Positions 26,443 through 34,077 of a stretch of 36,023 nucleotides of DNA are shown here, in pieces. A program made the position numbers and the translations under genes. The notes beneath the pieces were generated by a model, which saw nothing but the letters and a program-made list of their open reading frames with translations, was not told the origin of the DNA and did no database searches. The first letter of the stretch is position 1; the number at the start of each line of letters is the position of its first letter. The stretch covers positions 1 through 36,023 of the forward strand of contig CAZCQM010000003.1 in assembly GCA_964500785.1 (NCBI GenBank), given 5' to 3'. This DNA is from an uncultured bacterium (GTDB taxonomy: Bacteria; Krumholzibacteriota; Krumholzibacteriia; WVZY01; JAKEHA01).

Positions 26443-27647
26443 GGGGTCTCCTGCGGGGTCGCGGACGGCGAGGCGTCCATCAGTTCGCACACCGTCACCA
26501 GCTCCACGCCGGCGCGTTCGAAGGCGCCGGTACTCTCGCGGAGCGCTTCCAGCGTCCACGGGTGCGGGTGGCCGATGCCGATCGCCGACCCGTGGGCTTT
26601 CGCCAGCCGAATGAGCTCGCGGATGCGGTCCTCCACGTCCTCGCGGCGGTCGGTGGCATCGTCCAGAAACAGACTGTTGGACGCCGAGCGCATACCCGCG
26701 GCCACCGCCGCATTATAGGCGACCGACTTCGGGGACGTCAAAGAATCGAGGAAGAAAACGCCGTAGGGCTTGAGAGTGGCACACACGGCGTCCATGACGC
26801 GGGCGTCGGTGGTGGCGAGCGACCCCTGGTGGTTGTTGACCCCGTCCACGCCGGGCAGGCTCTCCATGTACTCGCCGACCAGGGAGCGGATCTCGGCGTC
26901 GCTCATCGCCGTGCGAACGACTTCGAAATCCTCGCGGGCGGGCTCGGCGGGCTCCATGGGCAGGTGGAGCATCACGCAGCGGTGCGCCTGGCGCGCCTCG
27001 CGGTAGACGGCCTGCGACGCGCGCAGCTCGGGGAGAATCGACACGGTGAGCGGCATGGGCAGCGCGATGATCTCCGCGGGGACGCCGCCTTTGGTGTAGC
27101 CGAAGTCGTCGATCACGATGGCGACGCGCGGCAGCGGCGGCGCGCGCCGGAGCGCCTCCGCCGCGACGTGCGGCGCGAGGCGGCGGATGGTGATGCGGTG
27201 CGTGTCGCGCGTGTTGGTGCCGACGTTGAAGACGAGCGTGCGCCCGCCGTCGATCTGTTCGGCGCGGCGCACGCGCGCGCCGGCCAGGCGGACGGCGCCG
27301 GTGAGCGCCACGTTGACGAGGAGCAGGTCGGTGGACTCGTCGCAGGGGATGTCCCAGCGGACGGGTTTGCCCGCGCCGCCCGCGTCGTGGACGCGGATGC
27401 GCCGCCGCAGGCCGCTCGCCTCCAGCGAGTGCTTGAGCGCGATGCCGATGTCGGTCTGGATGCGCGGGTACGCACTTTCGACGCCGTGGTCGACGAGAAA
27501 GACGCCGCCGCGCGTGGTCTGGAGGAAGCGGACCGACGCCACCCCCACGACGGCGAGGATCGCGAGGACGGCGACGAGCCCCTTGAAGGCGCGGGAGGCG
27601 GGGGCGGTCGCCGAAGGACGTTTTCGCTTGGAGCGGGTGCGCGGCAT
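26439..27647 (-). CDS. Divergent polysaccharide deacetylase (YibQ family), membrane-anchored
   Basis: VAIVIDDFG, MLHLPMEP, GVNNHQGS, FFLDSLT, FLDD and AIGIGHP; N-terminal TM anchor. Confidence 0.92.
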   Translation of the reverse strand: MPRTRSKRKRPSATAPASRAFKGLVAVLAILAVVGVASVRFLQTTRGGVFLVDHGVESAYPRIQTDIGIALKHSLEASGLRRRIRVHDAGGAGKPVRWDIPCDESTDLLLVNVALTGAVRLAGARVRRAEQIDGGRTLVFNVGTNTRDTHRITIRRLAPHVAAEALRRAPPLPRVAIVIDDFGYTKGGVPAEIIALPMPLTVSILPELRASQAVYREARQAHRCVMLHLPMEPAEPAREDFEVVRTAMSDAEIRSLVGEYMESLPGVDGVNNHQGSLATTDARVMDAVCATLKPYGVFFLDSLTSPKSVAYNAAVAAGMRSASNSLFLDDATDRREDVEDRIRELIRLAKAHGSAIGIGHPHPWTLEALRESTGAFERAGVELVTVCELMDASPSATPQETP

Positions 27648-27677
27648 GACGGGGCGGTGTGGCGATCCGCCGCGCGG

Positions 27678-27706
27678 AGCCTATCGAGCGCCCCCGGAGG
27701 TGTCAA
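27678..27706 (-). promoter_or_regulatory. Putative sigma70 promoter for the YibQ-like gene and pdxJ
   Basis: TTGACA (27706-27701), 17 nt spacer, TAGGCT (27683-27678). Confidence 0.6.
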
Positions 27707-27716
27707 GGACGCGGCG

Positions 27717-28385
27717 TCAGTCGCGGTAGAGCGCCTTGACCATCCCCCAGGTCGTTTCCTGCGACGACGCGGCGGGCGTCACGGCGCGGGCCACGCTCGT
27801 CCCCAGGTCGTGCAGCTCGACCAGGCGCCACTGCGGCTCGCTGTCGGTGCCGATGTTGCGGACGATGAACCGAGCTTGCGATCCCGCGGCCGGCTGGTAC
27901 TGGATGTCGGGCTCGACGTCGATGTTGAAGTAGTAGCCCACCGTCGCCTCATTCAACATCTCACCGGGGTACCCCGGCAACGTGGTGTCGGTCCAGTCGA
28001 CACCGTTCTCGAACTGCAGGTCGAACTCGATGCGCTTGCACCGGTTCGATCCCGCGTAGTTGGGATCGAACATGCGCGAGTTGTAGAGGATGTCGTCCGC
28101 GCGCCCCCACGAATCCGGAATGCCGCCGCCGACGTCGCCGGTTGCCAGGAAGAACACGAAGTCGGCGTCGAGCAGCTCGTCGTACTTGGCGATGTTGCGC
28201 CGGTTGTACGCGACCTCGACGTTGTTGAGCACGGCTTCCTTCGTGTCCAGGGTTTGGAACGACGGACCGGGCGGCACCGGCGGCGCGACCGGCTCGTTCT
28301 TCGGGTCCGAGCACGACGCGAGCGCGGCGAGAGCCAGGATCGCGCCGATCGTCATGGCACGGAATCGCCAGGGAGCTCGTCTCAT
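27717..28385 (-). CDS. Hypothetical lipoprotein: one copy of the array domain plus a C-terminal TWG motif
   Basis: Lipobox LASC; EAVLNN..AYN.R....YDELLD.DF.F...WG...F...WRLVE..D; ends ETTWGMVKALYRD. ATGA overlap with the upstream gene. Confidence 0.85.
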   Translation of the reverse strand: MRRAPWRFRAMTIGAILALAALASCSDPKNEPVAPPVPPGPSFQTLDTKEAVLNNVEVAYNRRNIAKYDELLDADFVFFLATGDVGGGIPDSWGRADDILYNSRMFDPNYAGSNRCKRIEFDLQFENGVDWTDTTLPGYPGEMLNEATVGYYFNIDVEPDIQYQPAAGSQARFIVRNIGTDSEPQWRLVELHDLGTSVARAVTPAASSQETTWGMVKALYRD

Positions 28386-29602
28386 GATCGGTACAGGGCT
28401 TTGACGCGGCCCCAGGTGCTCTGCTGGACCGCCGCCGGGGCGTCGCCCGCGGCGGCATCGATGTATTGCGAGCCCAGGTCGCGCATCTCGACCAGGCGCC
28501 AGTGGGGATCCGCATCGGTTCCGGCGTTGCGGACGGTGACGTAGGCCCGGGACCCCGGCGGTGGAAGGAGCCGGGTATCGGGCACGATGTCGATCTGGAA
28601 GTCATAGAACACCGTCGTCGTGTACCACGTTTCGTCCGGGTGCGACGACGGCGCAAACGAGACCCACAGCACGCCCTCCTCGAACTGCAGGTCGAAGCGG
28701 ATATTCGTGCAGCGATTGGGACCGATGTAGCTCATGTCGAACATGCGCGAGTTGTAGAGCACGTCCTCCGCGTACCCCCACTGCTCGGGCAGCCCGTTGC
28801 CGATGTCGCCCACGCTCAGGTAGAACGTGAATTCGGGGTCGAGGAGCGCCTCGTATCTCGTGATGTCGCGCTTGTTGTACGCCGCTTCGACGTTGTTGAG
28901 GACCGCTTCCCTGGTCGTGAGAGGAATGACCGCCGGAGCGCCGTCGCGATAGAGTCCCTTCACCGCGCCGAACGTCGCATCCGTGAGCGACGGCGGATGC
29001 GGCGGATGGGGCGGAAGGTTGGGCAGAACGCCGTCGGTCCATTCGACCAGCCGGAAGTCGGGGTCCGACTGCGTTCCGACGTTGCGAACGGCGATGTCGG
29101 CGTACGCCCCGGCCGGCGGCACGTACCGCTCGCCGGACTCGACGTCGATGCTGAAGGAATAGAGCAACCGGGCGGAGAACCAGATCTCACCCGGGTGCGA
29201 CGGCGGATTGAACGCGTCCCACTGCACGCCGTACTCGAACGGGATGTCCAGGTCGATGTGCGTGCAGCGGTTCGGGCCCTCGTAGGCGGGATCGAGCAGG
29301 CGGCTGCCGTAGATGGCGTCGGTCGTGTGCCCCCACTGATCGGGCAGCCCCTCCGCCACGTCGCCGGCGAACGCGTGGAAGGTGAAGTCGGCGTCGAGGA
29401 GGCGGTCGTATTCCTGGAGATTGCGGGTGTTGCAGGCGACCTGGAGGTTGTTCAGGACGGCGTCGGGCGTGCTCAACGGCCGGAACTCATTCGGCGGCGG
29501 GCACGGATCGCACTCGGGGGGAACCGCCTCGTCCCCGCAGGAGATCACTCCCGACAGGAAGCCGAACGCGAGCGCGCACGAAAGAACGATCGAGCGGCGC
29601 AT
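28382..29602 (-). CDS. Hypothetical lipoprotein: two tandem copies of the array domain, with internal and terminal TWG-like motifs
   Basis: Lipobox VISC; duplicated domain; internal ATFGAVKGLYRD and terminal STWGRVKALYRS. Confidence 0.87.
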   Translation of the reverse strand: MRRSIVLSCALAFGFLSGVISCGDEAVPPECDPCPPPNEFRPLSTPDAVLNNLQVACNTRNLQEYDRLLDADFTFHAFAGDVAEGLPDQWGHTTDAIYGSRLLDPAYEGPNRCTHIDLDIPFEYGVQWDAFNPPSHPGEIWFSARLLYSFSIDVESGERYVPPAGAYADIAVRNVGTQSDPDFRLVEWTDGVLPNLPPHPPHPPSLTDATFGAVKGLYRDGAPAVIPLTTREAVLNNVEAAYNKRDITRYEALLDPEFTFYLSVGDIGNGLPEQWGYAEDVLYNSRMFDMSYIGPNRCTNIRFDLQFEEGVLWVSFAPSSHPDETWYTTTVFYDFQIDIVPDTRLLPPPGSRAYVTVRNAGTDADPHWRLVEMRDLGSQYIDAAAGDAPAAVQQSTWGRVKALYRS

Positions 29603-29700
29603 AGCTGGATTCTCCCCTCGTTAGAAGGTCCGTCTGCGCGGCTTCGACCCCTCACCCGGGGGCAGCTCTCTACAGTGGCAGCTTCGGCCCGGGCACTCGA

Positions 29701-30288
29701 TCAGGCGCCGAGGTCGCGGAATTCAACCAGCTTCCATTCAGGCGCCGCATCCGTGCCGACGTTGCGCACGGTGAACTGGGCCTGCGACCCCGCCGCGGGC
29801 TGATACTGCGTATCGGGCTCGACGTCGATGTTGAAGTAGTAGACCACGACCGCCAGGTACCACGTTTCATTGGGATAGTCCTGGGGCACAACCGGGATCC
29901 ACTGGACCCCGTCCTCGAACTTGAGGTCGAACTCGATCCGCTTGCACTTGGGGTACTGCGGCCCCGGATCCTGGCTGAAGAGCAGACCCGTCAACCGAAC
30001 CTCCTCCGCGCGTCCCCACTGCTCGGGGATCTGCCCGCCAACGTCGCCTGGCGCCAGGAAGAAGGTGAAGTCGGTATCGAGCAGCTCGTCGTACGTCGTG
30101 ATGTCACGCTTGTTGTACGCGTACTGAATATTGTTGAGGACTGCTTCTCTGGTCGTCCGCGGCAGCTTGGTGTACGTCTGTGGCGGCGCAACGACATCGG
30201 GTGGGGCCGGCTTCGGGTCGAAGATGCACGACGCCGACAGCATCGCGAGAGTGAGTAGCCCGCATAGAAGAAAACTTCTCTTCAGCAT
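29701..30288 (-). CDS. Hypothetical lipoprotein: one copy of the array domain, no TWG tail
   Basis: Lipobox SASC-IFDP; same domain; stops at WKLVEFRDLGA. Confidence 0.87.
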   Translation of the reverse strand: MLKRSFLLCGLLTLAMLSASCIFDPKPAPPDVVAPPQTYTKLPRTTREAVLNNIQYAYNKRDITTYDELLDTDFTFFLAPGDVGGQIPEQWGRAEEVRLTGLLFSQDPGPQYPKCKRIEFDLKFEDGVQWIPVVPQDYPNETWYLAVVVYYFNIDVEPDTQYQPAAGSQAQFTVRNVGTDAAPEWKLVEFRDLGA

Positions 30289-30329
30289 AGGGTGCAGATC
30301 CTTTCCGCGAGACGGGTCGCTCGGGCTTT

Positions 30330-30359
30330 ATAATACACCAGTTGAGCCATTAACGTCAA
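30330..30359 (-). promoter_or_regulatory. Putative sigma70 promoter for the lipoprotein array
   Basis: TTGACG (30359-30354), 18 nt spacer, TATTAT (30335-30330) in an AT-rich gap. Confidence 0.55.
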
Positions 30360-30416
30360 GCCATCAAATAAGTTACCATGAATTCCCATCCTGCTAACCT
30401 TCCGTTGCGAGCCATC

Positions 30417-31022
30417 TTACGGGCTCAGGCGGCTTCGCAGGATGCCGCGCAGGTAGCCCCAGGTCGTGTACCCGGCCACCGTTTCCACTTCGTTCCAGAA
30501 CGTGACGCGCCAGTTGCCGTTCTCCAGCCGCACATCGATCTCGGCGACGCCGCGGTAGCTCAGCGTATCCGTCGGGGCCGACTTGTTGACGATCTCCAGC
30601 GCGTAGGGCGATCGGAAACGTACGAACGTGCTCTTCTGAATGAGAGGCGGCTCGAGACGAAAGTCCACCTTGATCGTCTTCGCGTCCGAAAGCATCAGGT
30701 CGAGCGCATCGATCTCCACCTGCTTCCCCCACCCGTCGAACACCCCGGTCCCGATGAAGTTCTGGTCCAGCGAGTCCTGGAGCGTGGGAGAGAAGATGAA
30801 ATTGGTGCTGATGGCGCGCTCGTAGTTCGCGTCGGTCAGGCTCTCGTTGAGCGACTTCCTCATGGCGAGGAACGGCTTGTCGGGCGAGTCCAGCGTGACC
30901 TGGTCCTGCCCCGCCTGCCCCGGTGGCTGCGCCTCCCGCGTGTCGAACAGGCACGCGGGAAGGAGTGCCGGAACCAGCACCAGCACGACGCCCACCAGAA
31001 TTCTGCGTGACGCGATCATCAT
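30417..31022 (-). CDS. Hypothetical lipoprotein, divergent member of the same domain family
   Basis: Lipobox LPAC-LFDTRE..PP; NYERAISTNFIFSP...WGKQVE...WRVTFWNE; ends TTWGYLRGILRSRLSP. Confidence 0.82.
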   Translation of the reverse strand: MMIASRRILVGVVLVLVPALLPACLFDTREAQPPGQAGQDQVTLDSPDKPFLAMRKSLNESLTDANYERAISTNFIFSPTLQDSLDQNFIGTGVFDGWGKQVEIDALDLMLSDAKTIKVDFRLEPPLIQKSTFVRFRSPYALEIVNKSAPTDTLSYRGVAEIDVRLENGNWRVTFWNEVETVAGYTTWGYLRGILRSRLSP

Positions 31023-31027
31023 GGTTC

Positions 31028-32959
31028 CTAGAACGGGTAATTGAACTCCGAGCGCATATCCCAGTAGTCCTTCTCGGCGTCGCTGCCGAATCGGCTGAAT
31101 CGCTTCACCTTGCCCAGCTGGAAGCGGAGCGTCCGGTTCTGCCCCCAGTCGTACTGCCCCCGCGTCCCCACCTGGATCGACCCGTCCGGCGTCCTGCTCT
31201 CATCGCCGGTTTCGACGTCCCGGTCCCAGAAGTTGTTGTACTGGTACTCCGAGTACACGCCGACGTGATCGGTGATGTTGTAGTCCATGTGGAGCAGCAT
31301 GCGATCGCGCCGATCTTTGCGTGCGACGTTCAGGAGATCCTCGCCGCCCGGTCCGATGGGGAGGTAGGACCCGCTGTCGTGCAGTGTGAGTCCGTAGTCC
31401 AACCGGAATCGAATATGGTTGCTCGGGCTGTAGTTGAGCTGATTCGTGAGCGTGATGTTGCGGTCCAGGAAGTTGTCTTCCGGCTGATACACGAAATCCG
31501 TGTACTCGATGGCGAGTCCGTAGGTCTGCGTGATCGACAGACGCGGGTTCATCGTGTAGGTGAATCCGGGACGCAGCTCCCACAGCTGGCGCGAGCGGTT
31601 GTTGGTCGACTGGCTCGCGTCGATGTTGACGAAATCGGTGGCCGTGTAGGCGAGAGCGATGTTCGTCGCGACCTTCTTGAAGACGCTGGAATTGATCCGG
31701 AGGTTGACCGTCGTGTCCAGCTGGTCGCGATCGCGCGGGTTGGCCTCGTAGTCCAGATAGAAGGACTGCAGGAGCTGCATACTTCCGCTCAGATCGACGG
31801 ACATGGTCCGGGTCAGCGGGTGCCGGAGCCCGACGCTCACGCGCTTCCTCTTGTCCTTCGTACTCGCGATCGACTGCGGACCGAGGTCGCGCAGGTTGTT
31901 GCGGTTCTCGAACTGCACGGTGGCCGACGTCCGCCACGGCATGACGTACGACACGTTACCCCGCACGCCGTCTCCAACCGTTCGGCTGAAACGCGTCGTC
32001 TGTACCAGGTAGTCGAATTGCTGTTCGTCGTGCGTCGCAACGAGCCGGATGGAGAGTGCCTTCAACGGCTGGGAGTTGAACGAAATCATCGTGGAGCGGG
32101 TGTCGCGCGTTTCGGTTTCCGGCTGGACGTTTTCCGCACCGGCCAGCTGCCCGCCCAGCGCACCGATCGCCTGGTCCAGGTAGTAACGCACGCCATGGTA
32201 GCGGTTGTAGTCGACACGGACGTCGATGCTGTCGCTCAGTTCCACGCGGACCGCGCTGGACAGCGAGTCCTCGCCGCTTCCGAGACCCGTGTACAGGGTG
32301 CCTGCGCTTTCCGATTGATCGCTCGACTGCGCGTAGGCACCGCGTGCCTGGACGACGACACGGTCTCCGATCAGGTTGTAGCCGAGCCCGCCGTTGGCGC
32401 TACCTGCGAGGGACTGGTCGTTCTTGTACGTGCGCTGGCTCTCCAGCACGTTTCCGCTCAGGGATCCGTCCAGGCGCAGGTCGTGGAGCGTTCGCTGCAT
32501 GGTGGCTCCCGCCTGCAGCGTCCGGTCGTTGAGAATGAAGTCCTGGGTCGTTCCCCCGACTGCGATCGAGCGGTTGAACACCCGGCTGTCGTTGTACGTC
32601 AGGCCGCCCCGGATGTCGTAGCGGAAGGTGTGGATAATCCCGAACGAGAGGCGCTTGTTGTCCTCGAAGCGGTTCTGCAGGCGATAGTCCTTCTCGTCCT
32701 TGGACACGCCGAAGTTGACCATGGGCCCGTACGGCGTAAGAATAGAGGCGCGGAATTCGTTCATCATGCCCACGTTCGACACGTTACCCGTGATTCGGTT
32801 GATGTACGTTGGGGAGAACCGGTAGCCGGCGGTGGCGGGTACTAACGAATCCGGCATCTCCATCGAGGTGAAGAGCGAATCGGTCTGCGCAGACGCCGCC
32901 GTCGCCGCGAGCATCCCCGCCGCGACCAGCAACCATCCTGCGATGCGCCTCGCCTTCAT
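31028..32959 (-). CDS. Putative outer-membrane beta-barrel protein of unknown family
   Basis: Signal peptide (ATAASA); alternating amphipathic beta-strand pattern throughout; C-terminal MRSEFNYPF, typical of BAM substrates. ATG at 32959. Confidence 0.8.
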   Translation of the reverse strand: MKARRIAGWLLVAAGMLAATAASAQTDSLFTSMEMPDSLVPATAGYRFSPTYINRITGNVSNVGMMNEFRASILTPYGPMVNFGVSKDEKDYRLQNRFEDNKRLSFGIIHTFRYDIRGGLTYNDSRVFNRSIAVGGTTQDFILNDRTLQAGATMQRTLHDLRLDGSLSGNVLESQRTYKNDQSLAGSANGGLGYNLIGDRVVVQARGAYAQSSDQSESAGTLYTGLGSGEDSLSSAVRVELSDSIDVRVDYNRYHGVRYYLDQAIGALGGQLAGAENVQPETETRDTRSTMISFNSQPLKALSIRLVATHDEQQFDYLVQTTRFSRTVGDGVRGNVSYVMPWRTSATVQFENRNNLRDLGPQSIASTKDKRKRVSVGLRHPLTRTMSVDLSGSMQLLQSFYLDYEANPRDRDQLDTTVNLRINSSVFKKVATNIALAYTATDFVNIDASQSTNNRSRQLWELRPGFTYTMNPRLSITQTYGLAIEYTDFVYQPEDNFLDRNITLTNQLNYSPSNHIRFRLDYGLTLHDSGSYLPIGPGGEDLLNVARKDRRDRMLLHMDYNITDHVGVYSEYQYNNFWDRDVETGDESRTPDGSIQVGTRGQYDWGQNRTLRFQLGKVKRFSRFGSDAEKDYWDMRSEFNYPF

Positions 32960-32983
32960 CAACCCGTCCGACTCCGCTACGAA

Positions 32984-33832
32984 TCACGCACCCGCCGCCA
33001 CGACGCCGCGCGCCAGCAGCACGAACTGTTCCTTCGACAACGTCTCCGGCCGGCTCATCAGATCCACGCCCGCGTCGGCTGCGACGCGCGAGAGGACGTC
33101 CTCCGGCAGGGAATAGAAGGCGCGCAGGGTGTTGTGGACCGTTTTCCGTCGCTGCTGGAACAGGTTTCTGACCAGCGACACGAATGCGCTCAACTCCTCC
33201 GCCGTCACCGCCGGGCTCGCCAGCGGCACGAAACTCAGCACGATGGACGATACCCGGGGCCGGGGTTGAAAGGAGCCGGGTGCAACCTTCGTGACAACCT
33301 CGATGTCGTATAAGCTCTGTAGAATCACGCTGGTAATTCCATACACCCGGCTCCCCGGTCCCGATGCAATACGCTCGCCCACCTCGCGCTGAACCATGAT
33401 CACGGCTCGCCCGATCCGGTCGATCCCGTCGACGAGATAGCCGAACAGCACGTCCCGTGTCAGGTGGTACGGTATGTTCCCGATCAACGTGCACCGCTCG
33501 AACCCCCTCGACACCGCCAGCTCACCCAGGGTGACCCGGGTGAAATCGGCCGAAATCACTTCGACCCGACGGCGCTCGTCGGTGGCGCGTCCCAGGCGCC
33601 GGTCGAATTCGTCGTCCAGCTCGCGGACCAGCCGCCGGTCGAGCTCGAGCGCCAGCAGCCGCGCGCCGCGCGCGGCGACGTCCATCGTCAGCATGCCGTG
33701 GCCCGGTCCCAACTCCACGACGACGTCGTCGGCGTCAATACGGGCGGCGTCGACGATCTTCGCGGCAATGCCGCGGTCGTGAAGAAAGTTCTGGCCGAAG
33801 CGCTTCTTGGGGCGAAAGCGGCCTGCGTTCAA
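32984..33832 (-). CDS. rsmA: 16S rRNA m6,2A dimethyltransferase (KsgA)
   Basis: PKKRFGQNFL, VVELGPGHG.LT, ELD, IGNIPYHLT, MVQREV.ERI, F.PRPRV.S, FQQRRKT..N and RPETLS; TTG start. Confidence 0.96.
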   Translation of the reverse strand: MNAGRFRPKKRFGQNFLHDRGIAAKIVDAARIDADDVVVELGPGHGMLTMDVAARGARLLALELDRRLVRELDDEFDRRLGRATDERRRVEVISADFTRVTLGELAVSRGFERCTLIGNIPYHLTRDVLFGYLVDGIDRIGRAVIMVQREVGERIASGPGSRVYGITSVILQSLYDIEVVTKVAPGSFQPRPRVSSIVLSFVPLASPAVTAEELSAFVSLVRNLFQQRRKTVHNTLRAFYSLPEDVLSRVAADAGVDLMSRPETLSKEQFVLLARGVVAAGA

Positions 33833-33910
33833 GGGACGAACCGTGTTTCCAGAATCGCGCTGTCGCGCGCATCGTCAGGGGGACGACGATTGGTCGGTAA
33901 CAGTGGAGAG

Positions 33911-33950
33911 AAAAAACCTCCTGGCCATGCCAGTTGGGGAATCTCGGAGG
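33911..33950 (-). terminator. Terminator-like hairpin plus U6 tract within the rsmA leader
   Basis: CCTCC...CTGGC-ATG-GCCAGGAGG-TTTTTT on the minus strand. Confidence 0.4.
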
Positions 33951-33966
33951 CGCTACTTCGAAGCCC

Positions 33967-33996
33967 AGTATAGCCCAGATCCGCGGCGTCCGTCAA
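33967..33996 (-). promoter_or_regulatory. Putative sigma70 promoter for the rsmA operon
   Basis: TTGACG (33996-33991), 18 nt spacer, TATACT (33972-33967). Confidence 0.6.
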
Positions 33997-34042
33997 GGGA
34001 GTGCCCCGTCCGTATGGGGGCGCGCCGGGCGCCGGGGTTGTG

Positions 34043-34048
34043 TATAAT
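34043..34048 (+). promoter_or_regulatory. Putative -10 element for the thioredoxin-TPR gene
   Basis: Perfect TATAAT in a GC-rich context, 29 nt before the ATG; no clear -35. Confidence 0.45.
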
Positions 34049-34077
34049 AGTGCCTCAACACGGACAGGGGGACCCAA

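Noticed and set aside
27717-30288. Repeated DNA blocks as a CRISPR array or a diversity-generating retroelement TR/VR pair
   Set aside because: The blocks are in-frame parts of paralogous CDS with no regular repeat-spacer period. No cas or reverse transcriptase gene is in the window, and the differences are not visibly adenine-specific.
30923-32845. 640-aa plus-strand ORF opposite the beta-barrel gene
   Set aside because: Antisense shadow; the minus-strand protein has a signal peptide, beta-strand periodicity and a terminal Phe.
33856-33990. Possible tRNA in the rsmA-thioredoxin gap (contains TTCGAA)
   Set aside because: No cloverleaf or acceptor stem could be built; the region is better explained by promoters and a hairpin.
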